The notes: a model not told the origin generated them from the letters alone. A stretch of 64,000 bases of DNA from Octopus vulgaris (GCA_951406725.2 OX597839.1:5394001-5458000), one strand, 5' to 3'; positions 28,467 to 42,882 are shown, numbered from the stretch's first letter. Translations and numbers: made by a program.

Positions 28467-28736
28467 ATTTCTTTACTACCCACAGAGTACCTATTTCTTT
28501 ACTACCCGCAGAGTACCTATTTCTTTACTAAACACAGAGAGGACAAACAAGGACACACAAACGGATTAAGTTTATTACATCGAACCCAGTGCGTAACTGG
28601 TACTTAATTTATCGACCCCGAAAGGATGAAAGGCAAAGTCGACATCCGCGGAATTTCAACTCAGAACGTAACGGCAGACGAAATACGACTACGCATTTCG
28701 CCCGGCGTGCTAACGGTTCTGCCAGCTCGCCGCCTT
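28467..28736 (-). mobile_element. SINE family B with a reiterated 3' junction
   Basis: 13-bp TSD CCTTGGAGTACCT at 28454-28466 and 28733-28745; three 26-bp repeats at the tail. Confidence 0.88.
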
Positions 28737-29308
28737 GGAGTACCTGGTTTGCTGTAGTTTCTGCTTCTGAGAGCCTGGTTTTGCTGTTGATACCAATTTC
28801 CAATTGTAACGTCGCTTCGAACGACGTGAATAAGAGGCAAAAAAGAGACTCGCTACAGGTAAGACTTTGATTTATGAGTTCGGTTGGGAATTGTTGTTGT
28901 GTTATTTTAAAAAAATCCCTGCTGAACTCTAGACATCTTTTTCTGCTTGTGGTGAGTCTAGTTGTACTTATTTTTTAGTGAGTTAAATTCTTTTAGTTTG
29001 TTTTGGTGGGCGTATCCCGCCTCCAAAATATTGCTTCTGTACCTGATTTGCTGAAATTCCTGCCTTGGAGGAACCTGGTTTGCTGTAGTTCCCGCTTAGA
29101 AGTACCTGGTTTTGCTGTTGCTACCAAGTTCCAGTTTGGGCCAGGAGTACCTGTTTGGGCCAGAAGAATGTGATCGGCGTGTCTTTTTGTTTTATTTTTC
29201 CTGAACTGACTTTTTTTAAAACTATCTCGGTGAACTGTGTTTTTGCTTTATTTTTCTAATAAGACGGATAACAAGAACAACAAGAAAAGCACTGCTTTGG
29301 AGTGGGAG

Positions 29309-29692
29309 GTAAAGGAATAGGTATTTCGTCTGCCGTTACGTTCTGAGTTCAAATATCCGCCGAGGTCGACTTTGCCTTTCAACCTTTCGGGGTCGATTAA
29401 ATAAGTACCAGTTACGCACTGGGGTCGATATAATCGACTTAATCCGTTTGTCTGTCCTTGTTTGTCCTCTCTGTGTTTAGATCCTTGTGGGTAGTAAAGA
29501 GATAGGTATTTCGTCTGCCGTTACGTTCTGAGTTCAAATATCCGCCGAGGTCGACTTTGCTTTTCAACCTTTCGGGGCCGATTAAATAAGTACCAGTTAC
29601 GCACTGGGGTCGATATAATCGACTTAATCAGTTTGTCTGTCCTTGTTTGTCCTCTCGGTGTTTAGATCCTTGTGGGTAGTAAAGAAATAGGT
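29309..29692 (+). mobile_element. Headless SINE B tandem dimer
   Basis: Two ~185-bp units joined by ATAGG/TATTTCGTCTGCCG; begins with a tail remnant. Confidence 0.88.
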
Positions 29693-30185
29693 AAGTAACT
29701 AGGGGTATGTTGCAGAGAGTGTGTGGCAGGAGGATTAAAGAGGTTTAAAAGAACTAAAAGGAAAAACGTTCATTCATGGCTGTTGGGGACATATTGCCCA
29801 TATAGGTGTAAGGTGTTATGAAATGAGAGGCAGTCAGTATTTGATTAACTCTGAATCGGTTCTGAAGGATTTACAGGTATAGCATTGGCAACATGTGTTT
29901 AGTACTAACATTTCGCATGATCATTCCATCCTGATGATGATCCAAGGGATCTAGGAGCGCTATAGTCCCAAAATAGACAGGCTTAACAAGAGAATTGCAA
30001 AAATATTCGAGGAAGTTTAAAATCGATTATTAATTTTACAAGAATGCAACATGTCTGTAAGATCTGTCTAGCATAAGTACAAACTCACACACACACACAC
30101 ACACAAACACATATACCTTCAAGCAATACACGCACATTCATAAGTACATATATAAATATATATCAAAATATATGCCGACATAATG

Positions 30186-30237
<52 letters not shown>

Positions 30238-30260
30238 CTCATATTAGCATATATATTGTA

Positions 30261-30298
<38 letters not shown>

Positions 30299-30366
30299 GT
30301 ATATATGTATATATATATGTATATATGTATATATATGTATATATATATATATGTATATATGTATAT

Positions 30367-30417
<51 letters not shown>

Positions 30418-30516
30418 ATATATATGTGTGTATATATATGTATATATATACATATATGTATATATATATATGTGTATATATATATGTATATATATATATG
30501 TGTGTATATATATATG

Positions 30517-30559
<43 letters not shown>

Positions 30560-30649
30560 ACAAAATATATATATGTATATATATATATATATGTGTATGT
30601 ATATATATATATATATGTATGTATATATATATGTATATATATATGTATG

Positions 30650-30680
<31 letters not shown>

Positions 30681-30816
30681 TCACATATATAGATTTATAC
30701 ATCTGTATAAAGGAAGATATACCATTGATGCACCTCAACGCACCTACATAGAGATATGAGCATACACACATGCACACTCACGCACACACAAGCACACACA
30801 AGCACTGACACACGAA

Positions 30817-30866
<50 letters not shown>

Positions 30867-31490
30867 AACACACACGTAGATTCTCAAGTAAACACCTATA
30901 TATACATTCCTTTTCGATTCTATTTAGCAATATTTAATTCACAAGTCTATAGACAAAATCTATACAGAAGACAGCACAATCTTCTCTATTCTCTCAACAC
31001 CACTACTGGCAGCCATCTTACTTTGACATGTAAATCTCGTATCTTTTATTTTTAACTCCATTTTGTATATATTTTGTTGTTATTTACAGGTTCCTTTTTG
31101 TCTTCATTGGCTTGTTTGCTTCTTCATTTCTTCTTGTCTTTTTAATTTTACACTCTTCTTCTTGTTCTTCTTCTTGTTCTTCTTCTTCTTCTTCTTCTTC
31201 TTCCTTCTGCCCCCCCCCTCATAGACGCCCTTCTCTTACCGCCAATCTTTTGTACTTTATCGTTTGTTCCCATCTAATCTTTTGTTATATTTTGCCTTAT
31301 TTATAAACGCATATATGTATATATACATATATAAATATATATAGAAATACACATATGTATATATATATATATAAATACACACACACACAACTATATATAT
31401 ATATATAAATAAATACACATATATAAATACACACATATATATGTATATATATATATATAAATACACACATATATATATATATAAATACAC

Positions 31491-31526
<36 letters not shown>

Positions 31527-32098
31527 ATTTTAATATTTACATACACAGTTATGCCAATTCAAATATGTACATATATGATATATACATATATACACGTGTG
31601 TGTGTGTGTGTCTATACATATATATTTATGTGAGCACACACACACACACACACATGTATGTATATGTATATATGTATATATATATATGTCTGTGTGTGTG
31701 TGTGTGTGTACGGGGAGAGAGTAAGAGAGAGAGAGACAAACACACGCACACATATTCCATTCTTTAGTTAAATTCTTCAACTTTTACCATTTTTTCTTCT
31801 TTTGCATGTTTTCTACATTCATTTCTTCTTTCTTTCTCTCTTTCTTTCTTGATTTCTCTCTGTTTTTTTTTTTTTGTTTTTTTTGTTTTTTGTTCTTTCA
31901 GTCCTTCATTCTTCGTTATTGTCTTGCAATCGTTATGGAAAACAGCTTTGTTCTTTCTTCAAACGAAATTTCGATAGCGTATGCAAAATATTTACACAAA
32001 GCCTAACTCAATTAGGGATACATGCGCTAATGAGTTTCTTGCGAAATCGAAAAGAAACGATGTATGCAGCTACGCAGACACCATTTACAACGTTTTTG

Positions 32099-32124
<26 letters not shown>

Positions 32125-32131
<7 letters not shown>

Positions 32132-32770
32132 ATATGTTTATATATGGTTGTTTGCATGTGAGTATACGTATATGTGTATATATGTATGTTTGTATGTGAG
32201 TATACCTATATGTGTATATATGTATGTTTGTTCGTATGTATGTGAATATGTATGATGTATGTATGTATGTATGTATGTATGTATGTATGTATATATGTTT
32301 ATATATGATTGTTTGTATGTGAGTATGCGTATATGTGTATATATGTATGTTTGTTTGTTCGTATGTATGTGAATATATATGTATGTATGTATATATGTTT
32401 ATATATGATTGTTTGTATGTGAGTATACGTATATGTGTATATATGTATGTTTGTTTGTATGTATGTGAATATATATGTATGTATGTATGTATATATGTTT
32501 ATATAGGATTGTTTGTATGTGAGTATACGTATATGTGTATATATGTATGTTTGTTCGTGTGTATGTGAATATGTATGTATGTATGTATATATGTTTATAT
32601 ATGATTGTTTGTATGTGAGTATACGTATATGTGTATATATGTATGTTTGTTCGTATGTGTGTGAATATATATGTATTTATGTATATATGTTTATATATGA
32701 TTGTTTGTATGTGAGTATCTGTATATGTGTATATATGTATGTTTGTTCGTATGTATGTGAATATGTTTGT
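32125..32770. repeat. ~95-bp minisatellite derived from TA/TG microsatellite
   Basis: About 6 copies of GTATATATGTTTATATATGATTGTTTGTATGTGAGTATACGTATATGTG...GTTCGTATGTATGTGAATAT. Confidence 0.8.
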
Positions 32771-33543
32771 ATAACTATGTTTGCATGTAAGTGCGTATGT
32801 TTCTGTATGTGTGTCTGTATGTATGCGCTTGTGTTTATATTATGTTTGTATCTACGTATGTGTATATGTTTATATATGTATGTTTGTATGTGTGTATGTG
32901 CATGTTTCTATATGTGTGTTTGTATGAGTGTATGCATTTATATTTATGTGCTGGAATGTATGTGCACATGCTTATATATGCATGTTGGTATGTGTGCATA
33001 TGTATCTATGCATGTATGTATGTTTGTGTGTATGCATGTGTGTATGTATAATGTGAGTGTAAATGTGTATGTATCTTTGTTTTAGTATGTATGCATAGTT
33101 CTATGACTGAATATATATATATAAGTATATTTATGTATACATACATATATATATATACATATATATATATATACATATATATATATGTATGTATGTATAT
33201 AAATATATGCGCTTATGTATGTACTTGCATATGTTTATAGTGCAAGTATACGTTTATGATGTACAAATTGGTGTACGATTTTTTTGCATGCATATATATG
33301 CGTGCATGTGTATATATGTATGTATATATATATATATGTGTGTGTGTGTATGCCTCCATGTATATGTTTGCATGCATTTATGTACGTATGTATGCATGTA
33401 TGTATAAATGAATGCATGCATTTTCTGGTTTTATTTTTAAAATTTCTCACACAACAGAAAGATTTAAATTACAACTTAGAAACTAGAATCTTTCGGAGGA
33501 ATTTTGCTATCAACGAGGCAGCAATCAATGTACTCACGTATGT

Positions 33544-33604
<61 letters not shown>

Positions 33605-33842
33605 CACTGATGTCTGTACATACGAATCTATTTACCTTGGAAGGTATGTCTGTAGTTATGCGTGAATATGTATTTGCAATTATGTTTGCCAGTGCATATG
33701 TATGCATGTTTACTCGTAGAAGCGCATATATATGTACATACATTCATATACATACATACACATACATATATACACAGACAATCATTTATCGATGTATTTG
33801 CAAAGTTGGCTAGATAGAGATAGTTCTCAGTGCACACGCGTC

Positions 33843-33874
<32 letters not shown>

Positions 33875-33924
33875 CATATATATGTATATAGATATATATA
33901 TATATGTATATAAACATATATCTG

Positions 33925-33980
<56 letters not shown>

Positions 33981-33989
33981 TTTATATAA

Positions 33990-34171
33990 AACGAACCGGC
34001 CGGTGTGATCCAGAGAACTTTCCGGTGGGGAACTTTCATGGATAATTTCCAGATTTCCTTGTCCTGGCTGTGCTTTCGAAGGGCGCTACGGGTTCGAGAT
34101 AAACTCTATAGGCACGGATATACTGTCAGACGAACTTGTCCGAGGTGCGTGCCGAGTGACGAAACCGTTCT
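33990..34171 (+). mobile_element. L1/Tx1-clade LINE ORF2 fragment (zf-RVT-like)
   Basis: [27 protein letters not shown]....TCPRC..SDETVL resembles the W....L....L....C.xC...ET zinc-binding region following RT. Confidence 0.65.
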
Positions 34172-34215
34172 AATAATAAAAATTAAAATTATAATAATAT
34201 TACTAATAATAATAA

Positions 34216-34744
34216 TGTCATGGGTTCTGATCTTAACTGATTGGAAGTGTTACTATGATGTGTCTTGTAATTAAAAAGATTGGTTACAGTAAATATTCTG
34301 CTGAGTACCACAGATTTGCTTGATAGTCGTTTTACCTTAACCAATGGAACATGTCCCTTGGGAGCTGACGATATATATGTGCATCTCTGAGCACGGGAAG
34401 AAGAAGTGGGGGAACATCATAGCCATGTTTTGAGAGGAATTATTTGGAAGATTTAAAAATTCACCTCTTGAAACATGGGTGTTTCGTTAAACGTCCTTAA
34501 ACAACTTTTATTCTTGGGCATTTATGTGCGGGATGGGCTACTCAACCTGAAGAAAATTCAAATTTGGCTCCACCTGCAAGGTTATGCGCTGTTTATTATG
34601 ATATGAGATCACCATGTCGGGCACATATGGTTGTAATGCATATGCCTGGTGTACCCTTATCAGATGGGTACTCATGATGGGTATACTGGGTTTCGTATAT
34701 TTTACTCCAGTGTCACTTTGATGGCAAGTACTGCTCTCTCACTC

Positions 34745-34745
<1 letters not shown>
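34216..34745 (+). mobile_element. (TAA)n-embedded non-coding retroelement, family D
   Basis: Homologous to 55733-56056; both share the end CTGCTCTCTCACTC(AAT)n and have TAA repeats at the other end. Confidence 0.75.
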
Positions 34746-34959
<214 letters not shown>

Positions 34960-34960
<1 letters not shown>

Positions 34961-35258
34961 TGTTTTTTATGTCCGTTTGACTCCTGGGTCGTAAAGAACA
35001 ATGGCGAAAAACAAAAAAAATTAAAATCACGATTTGAAATTGCAAGAATTTCGAAAATGAAAACTGTAAAGTCTGCGCTGATAATAACGGGTGCATTGAG
35101 AACTGTAAGCTAAGATATAGACAAAATGGTTTAAGGATATTTGAATGGAATGCCTTGTAGAGGTTCTACAGAGAATTTCCCTCTTAGGGACAGCAGTGAT
35201 TATGAGGAAAGTCTTCAATGACTATTGAAAGCTAGTGGATACTTAAGATTAGTGATAA
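34960..35258 (+). mobile_element. Degenerate R4/Dong-like LINE 3' end (restriction-like endonuclease region)
   Basis: Frameshifted peptides FEIARISKMKTV....ITGALRTVS and EVLQRISLLGTAVIMRKV parallel the fragment at 56096. Confidence 0.65.
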
Positions 35259-35265
35259 CAGTAAC

Positions 35266-35333
<68 letters not shown>

Positions 35334-35438
35334 AGGAGAAGAAGTACAAGAACAACAAGGATTATAACAAAGATTTTACAAGTCTCGCGTCGTCGTTTCT
35401 GATGCAGGGGATTTAATATGAACCAGCGCTGGCTACTT

Positions 35439-35471
35439 CCTAACCCTAACCCTAACCCTAACCTAACCCTA
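35439..35471 (-). repeat. Short interstitial telomeric repeat, about 5 x TTAGGG
   Basis: CCTAACCCTAACCCTAACCCTAACCTAACCCT. Confidence 0.75.
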
Positions 35472-35555
35472 GCTACTTGTAGATCTTAACTTTTGGGTAC
35501 AACAAAATTTACATGTATAGGCACAGTGTGGCTTATAGGCGCAGACATGGATATA

Positions 35556-36460
35556 GGTGCGGGCGTATCTGTGTGGTAAGAAGCGTGCTTATCAACCTCA
35601 TTGTTCCAGGTTCAGTCCTACTGCGTGACGCCTTGGGCTAATATCTTCTACTATAGCCACGCGGCGACCAAAGCTTTGTCAGTTGATTTGCTGGACGGAA
35701 ACTGAAAGAAGCCCGTCGTATATATATCTATCTATATATATATATGAGTTAAGTTAAGTTAATTTTTTGGTTTAAAAAGCAAAAAGCAAGGCCATGTAGG
35801 GGGAGAGGGAGTTATGTACAAGGAGGGTGTTCATGCAAAGAGTTCAGGCCATTTCTGGTCAAGAGAGACTTTGAACCGAGCGGTCGTCGGCATTTTCACT
35901 ATCTTGTCCGGCAGCTTATTCCACGGATCCGCAACCCGGACTGAGAAATCCCTTCTCCTTCGATTGAGATGAAATCTTCGCAGATAGAGCTTTTCGGAGT
36001 GACCCCGAAGCCGACGCTCTGGAGCAGGAGTGAAGAACAACTCTTTCGAGAGGTTACATTTTCCGCTTATGATGTTGTGAGCAAGAATGAGATCACCATG
36101 GCGTCGTCGTTTTTCTAGAGAATAAAGGTCGAGCGTCTTCAGCCTTTCTTCATAAGACAAATGCTTGAGACCAAGAAACATGCGGGTAGCCAGCTTCTGG
36201 ACTCTTTCGAGATGATGTATGTCTTTGAGAAGATAAGGAGAAGAGGCTTGAATCCCTGCTTGAATATGTAAGTGTGTGTGTGTTTGTCTGCGTTTTGTCC
36301 CACACCACCACTTGGGAACCGGTGTTGCTTTGCTTATGTCACCATCACTTAGCGTTTTGCCAACAAATGACCGATAGAATAAGTACTGGGGTCTATTCGA
36401 TTAAATGTCCTTCAAGGTGTTACCACAGCATGGAACCAGCCTAATGACTGAAACATGTTA
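35556..36460 (+). mobile_element. Old SINE A-like copy split by a CR1 insertion
   Basis: Diverged head and centre at 35556-35720, diverged tail at 36270-36460, CR1 in the internal TA tract. Confidence 0.7.
35747..36256 (-). mobile_element. 5'-truncated CR1-clade LINE
   Basis: ORF 35831-36181 nearly identical to 7176-7754; same 3' UTR and (TAACT)n tail. Confidence 0.88.
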
Positions 36461-36551
36461 TTAAGAAATAAAGTGAGAAATAGAATGATAGTGATTGAAA
36501 AATAAAACTGAGAAACAGCGTGGTGAAAATGGAAAGATATCGAGAAACATA

Positions 36552-36713
36552 GGCGCAGGAGTGGCTGTGTGGTAAGTAGCTTGTTTACTAACCACATGGT
36601 TCCGGATTCAGTCCCACTGCGTGGCACCTTGGGCAAGTGTCTTCTGCTGTAGCCCCGGGCCGACCAATGCCTTGTGAGTGGATTTGGTAGACGGAAACTG
36701 AAAGAGGCCCGTC

Positions 36714-36755
<42 letters not shown>

Positions 36756-36814
36756 TTATACATTTATACAAATTAATGGTATTATTAAATTAATATCGAT
36801 TTTTCACCCTCATT

Positions 36815-36854
<40 letters not shown>

Positions 36855-37079
36855 TGTGTGTGTGTTTGTGTGTCTGTGTTTGTCCCCCTAGCATTGCTTG
36901 ACAACCGATGCTGGTGTGTTTATGTCCCCGTCACTTAGCGGTTCGGCAAAAAGAGACCGATAGAATAAGTACTGGGCTTACAAAAGAATAAGTCCTGGGG
37001 TCGAGTTGCTCGATTAAAGGCGGTGCTCCGGCATGACCGCAGTCAAATGACTGAAACAAGTGAAAGAGTAAAAGAGAGT
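36552..37079 (+). mobile_element. SINE family A with a ~70-bp insert in its internal TA tract
   Basis: Full head and tail; non-repeat insert at about 36751-36820. Confidence 0.87.
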
Positions 37080-38069
37080 AAACATTTGAAGTAGAAAGAC
37101 ACACTACAGACGAATGGAAAGAATAATGATATAAAAAGTTCTAAGGAAAAGAAGACAGGAGAAAGATAAGGGGAGCTGGAAGTTAAAGCCATGAGAAGAC
37201 ACAACTAGCTTTGCTAGCGTCAAGAAGTGTTTATTAGAGAGGAGCGTAAAGCGTATCAGAAGGATAATTATTTGTAATTATGTAAATGAATAGATAAGGC
37301 AAAACCATGCGAAGAAGTAGAAATGACGAATTTTATAAGACTTCAGATAGTGTTGAATAAAGGCATGAAGGGATGGAAATATTCGGAAAAATTGTACAGT
37401 TTAGAAAATAAGAGGAAAGACAGAAAAGCATCAAAGTGGTATGTATTGAAATTACAGGTAAAAGTGCAGTTGAGTTCTTAAATAAATAAATAAATAAATA
37501 AATAAAATACAGCAAGTGTACAAGATTCAGTTGACAATTTAGCGTCCTTTTTTGTTACTAATTACGAGGAAAAGAGAACTTTACGAACAATTTCAATCCC
37601 CGGAGAAATTCGTTTAAACAACAAAGAATATTTGACACTAAACAGAGAAGTTCGGAAGGGGGAATATTAAATATTCATCAGCAAGGATATTTATAGAACT
37701 TTAAGGAATTTCCTAAAATAGATCGAAGAATTTCAAAGAAATTCCACCTCCATGTACAAGAAATACTTTTCGTCTTAAGGTAGAATAAAAATGTATCTTT
37801 TACTTGCTTTGGTCATTAGACTCCGGCCATGTTGGATGCACCGCCTTCAAAGGTCTATCGAAGAAATCGACTCCAGTAATTATTTTGCAGTTTGGTACTA
37901 ATTCTAGCGATAAGTTACGGGAACGTAAATAAACCAACACTGGTTGCCAAGTGGTGATCGGGAACAAACACACACACACATATACTCTTTACTCTTTTGT
38001 TTTGATCATCATTTAGATCTAAAGAAGGTCTTACAGACTTTTATTGTCCCAGATATCGTGATCATATAC

Positions 38070-38473
38070 ACTTTACTCTTTTACTTGTTTCAGTCATTTG
38101 ACTGCGGCCATGCTGGAGCACCGCCTTTAATCGAGCAACTCGACTCCGGGACTTATTCTTTGTAAGCCCAGTACTTATTCTATCGGTCTCTTTTTTCCGA
38201 ACTGCTAAGTGACGGGGACATAAACACACCAGCATTGGTTGTCAAACAATGCTAGGGGCACAAACACAAACATACACGCACACATATATATACAAATATA
38301 TACATATATACGACGGGCTTCTTTCAGTTTCCGTCTACCAAATCCACTCACAAGGCTTTGGTCGGCCCGAGGCTATAGTAGAAGACACTCGCCCAAGGTG
38401 CCACGCACTGGGACTGAACCCGGAACCATGTGGTTGGTAAACAAGCTACTTACCACACAGCCACTCCTGTGCC
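38070..38473 (-). mobile_element. SINE family A
   Basis: Full-length match; older A-like fragments at 37790-37985 and 38500-38630. Confidence 0.87.
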
Positions 38474-39550
38474 TATATACATACACATACACACTATGTG
38501 ACGACAGTCTTCTTTCAGTTTCCGTCTACCAATTCCCCTAACGTGATTTTCGTCGGCCTGGGTTTATAGCAAAAGACACACGCCAAAAGTACCAGGTAGT
38601 CGGACTGATCGGGAACCATGTGACTGAAGCATTTTGAAATAAGCTAATTCCAAGAATTCCGAACTATTTGGAAGACACGTCAATATGGGGAACATTTAAG
38701 GGAAATATATTCACAGAAATTCATTTGGGTTGAAATTCATTGGGTTTGCCGAAAGCAAATCAGTTGAAAGACTTGTATAGTAAAATTTACTCGACGAACA
38801 CAAATTGGCTGCGGTGCAAATTGGCCAAAAACTTATAGGTCAAAAGAAAAAATATATATATATATTCGTTGAAAGTTTAATAGTTTTTTTTTTGTATGAA
38901 ATATACAAAAATAATTATGAATATAAATTAACACATTAGCATCAAATTAATTACGAATGAAATCGTAACTAACACCATTTTGTTGACTTTCAGTTAGCTT
39001 CTGTACGATGTAGTGTTGTCTTTATGCAAATTAAAAATAAAATTCTTAAAAATGATGTCTTCTAAATTATATTGGCTATAATTACATTTATTTTAGATCT
39101 AAAAACAAAAAAGGATGGCTGCAAATAAAATTGAGCATGATATTTCATTTTATAATTTGCTATAATAATTTTAAAATTACGCAAAGATCTTAGATAAATA
39201 TATACAATAACAGAGAATACGGGAAGTCACATTCATAGGTTTACCTAATATGAACACAAACACACAAACACACACCCCAACACACACACACACACATATT
39301 CGCATATCTGTGTGTGAGTGTGTGCCCGTGTATGTGTGTATGTTACGTGCGTGTCGTTGTGTGTAAACATACATTCATGTACTTCTATTAATGCGGATGT
39401 ATTTGTGAAGCAAATTTTGTACATAAACACATAGAACATATGTACCTCACATATATGTTTATTTACACACTATATATATATACTATATATGTCATACAGT
39501 TCTAATATATGTCTATATATATTTATTTCTTGTTTCAGCTCAGAGCTGCG

Positions 39551-39586
<36 letters not shown>

Positions 39587-39594
39587 CAGTTAGA

Positions 39595-39640
39595 TAGATA
39601 GATATTTAGGAAGATAAATATATGATAGTTATACATACAC

Positions 39641-39689
<49 letters not shown>

Positions 39690-39746
39690 TACGTGTATAC
39701 GTGTATGTATAACTATCATATATTTATCATCCTAAATATCTATCTA
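39595..39746. repeat. Inverted duplication across (TA)n
   Basis: ~50-bp arms TAGATAGATATTTAGGAAGATAAATATATGATAGTTATACATACACGTATA and its reverse complement, one mismatch. Confidence 0.88.
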
Positions 39747-39757
39747 CTTATCTACCT

Positions 39758-39817
<60 letters not shown>

Positions 39818-39963
39818 ACGTATGTGTGTATATATATTTATGTGTGTGAATATATGAATACCGATTGTTATAGAAATATCCTTCTGCATACTTGCATGCA
39901 CACACACACACATGTGCGTATGTGCATTCATTCATATACATATTCATACACACACACACACAC

Positions 39964-40022
<59 letters not shown>

Positions 40023-40299
40023 TATGTATACATTCATATTTATTATTTATAGATGTTCGTATATTTGTGTGCGCATGCGCATGTGTGTCTGCGTGTGTGT
40101 ATGTGTGTATGTGTGTGTGAGTGTGTGTGTGTGTGAGTGTATGTGTGTGTATGTGTGTGTATGTGTGTGTGTGTGTGTCCATGTGTGTAAACATACATAC
40201 ATCAAGTACTTCTATTAATGCGGATGTATTCGTACATAAAAGAGAGGAGACGAAATAACAAAAAAAAAATGGCGTTTGGACGTATGTAGGTGGTATGAA

Positions 40300-40339
<40 letters not shown>

Positions 40340-40660
40340 AACAGATAGATAGAAAGTGAAATGTAGGTGTGTCTATGTGTTGTCTGGTGAGTGATAGTGG
40401 GAGATGAGAGAATGTACAATCAATAGTTAATTGCTTCTGTCTTAATGAAATTTCTGTGAGTTAATATCTAAGAACATGCAGTAAACAGGCGATTCTTTTT
40501 GTTCACATAGCGATGGAGTGTATGCCTGAGACGTCACTGTACTATACTGTACTGCGGTGTACCGGAATTCTTGTCTGCTTCCATTCAAATAGCAATGTAC
40601 TGAAAAACATCGATTTATTTTCGTTTATGTACATGTATACATATACGAGTATATATATAT

Positions 40661-40754
<94 letters not shown>

Positions 40755-40772
40755 ATGTATACATATACATAT

Positions 40773-41176
40773 ACTCTTTTACTCTTTTACTCTTTTACTT
40801 CTTTCAGTCATTTGACTGCGGCCATGCTGGAGCACCGCCTGTAGTCGAGCAAGTCGACCCCAGGACTTATTCTTTGTAAGCCCAGTACTTATTCTATTGG
40901 TCTTTTTTGCCGAACCGCTAAGTGACGGGGACGTAAACATACCAGCACCGGTTGTCAAGCGATGCTAGAGGGACAAACACAGACACACAAACATATACAC
41001 ACACACACACACAAATACATATATATATATACATATATACGACGGGCTTCTTTCAGTTTCCGTCTACCAAATCTACTCACAAGGCTTTGGTCGGCCCGAG
41101 GCTATATCAGAAGACACTTGCCCAAGATGCCACGCAGTGGGACTGAACCCGGAACCATGTGGTTGGTTAGCAAGCT
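40773..41176 (-). mobile_element. SINE family A lacking the A box
   Basis: Consensus match; the head is truncated into (TA)n. Confidence 0.85.
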
Positions 41177-41702
41177 ATATATATATATATATATATAAAT
41201 ACACAGATAGACGGATAGATAGATAAATAGATAGATCTATAGATAGATATGCATATGTTCCATATATACTCGTGTGTGTATATAAACAGGCATATATACA
41301 CTCGCAGTTACACACCCTCCTTTCTCTCTCGTCGCACACACACACAAAATCAAACACAAACAAGTACACTTATATATATATATACATATACACACATGCA
41401 TACCTACCTATCTATCTATCTTTGTATCTACGCACACAATCACACACACACACACACAGACAGAATCACACTCGCACACACTCACACACTCATACACACA
41501 CACATATAGATATAGTTTTGCTCAGGGTGTTTATTTAGCCCAATCGCAAGGAATTGTTTGTGTAGACCTAATGATTTCAGATACAGCTTCCCCAATTTGC
41601 AATGTTTGTGAATCGAGGACTCCATTATGTTTTCTAAAGGCGGGCGAATAGAAATTGAGAGAAATGTGTTGCGATATCTTGGATGTCCTGCGTCAACGTA
41701 GA

Positions 41703-42122
41703 AGCCTATTTATATTATTTTATTTTTCAAAACATAATAAAGAATCACGTTACGCAATGAGACCTATTTATATTATTTTATTTTTCAAAACATAATAAAG
41801 AAAGAATCACGTTACGCAATGAGGCCTATTTATATTATTCAATTTTTTAAAACATAATAAAGAAAGAATCACGTTACGCAACAAGGCCTATTTATATTAT
41901 TTAATTTTTCAAAACATAATAAAGAAAGAATCACGTTACGCAATGAGGCCTATTTATATTATTCAATTTTTCAAAACATAATAAAGAAAGAATCACGTTA
42001 CGCAACAAGGCCTATTTATATTATTTTATTTTTCAAAACATAATAAAGAAAGATTCACGTTACGCAACAAGGCCTATTTATATTTTCACGTTACGCATAA
42101 AGAAAGAATCACGTTACGCAAT
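41703..42122. repeat. 61-bp minisatellite, about 7 copies
   Basis: Unit GGCCTATTTATATTATTTTATTTTTCAAAACATAATAAAGAAAGAATCACGTTACGCAA(TGA/CAA). Confidence 0.92.
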
Positions 42123-42198
42123 GTCTTCTATGTATTTCAAGGACTGTCATACGTGTTTCGATGGAATCGTCTATCTAGCATCTATGCTGCTGCTGCTG

Positions 42199-42572
42199 TT
42201 GCTGTTGAGCGAACGGTCTTCGTCCCAGAGCTCGCAAGATGGGAGAAGTCCGAAACGTGGTCTTTCGCTATTCGTAAGACCTGCAGAAGAGAAAGCAGGT
42301 CCACCCCCGACACCGAGAGCATCGACGGATGGATGAATACGTGTCCAGGCTCAGCGGTGGCGTAGGAAGTCGGGAACGAGAAACAGGAAGAAAGAGTGAG
42401 AGAAAGCTGGAGCGAAAGAGTACAACAGGGGTCGCCACCGCCCCCTGCTGGAGCATCGTTGAGCTTTAGGTGTTTTCGCTCAATAAACACTCACAACGCC
42501 CGGTCTGAGAATCGAAACCGCGATCCTCCGACCGCGAGTCCGCTACCCCAACCATTGGGCCATTGCGCCTCC
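42199..42572 (-). mobile_element. SINE family C, tail type 1
   Basis: Matches 5450-5817 and 60917-61313. Confidence 0.85.
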
Positions 42573-42575
42573 ATT

Positions 42576-42882
42576 TGCTGCTGCTGCTGCTACTACTACT
42601 ACTACTACTACTACTAATACTACTACAAAGGCTACCTACAGCACAACTATTCACGTCACTAAACCACTACTACTACTACTACTACTAATTACTACCACCT
42701 GCTACGCTACTCTGATCACTACCATTACCACCAATAGCAACACGGCAACCGCTACTACAACCATACGGTAACAACTACCACCACCACCACCACTACTTTC
42801 GCGATAATAACTGGCGCCACCCTCAATACTACCATCAGCACCACCAAAACAACAACTACTACTACTACTAGTTCTACTACCA

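Noticed and set aside
35439-35471. Telomeric repeat as a chromosome fusion scar
   Set aside because: Only about 5 units in one orientation; short interstitial repeats are common
37080-37790. Purine-rich coding-like stretch, possibly an ancient LINE ORF2
   Set aside because: Many stops and no recognisable motif by eye
41703-42122. Regular repeat array resembling CRISPR
   Set aside because: No unique spacers and a eukaryotic context; it is a minisatellite
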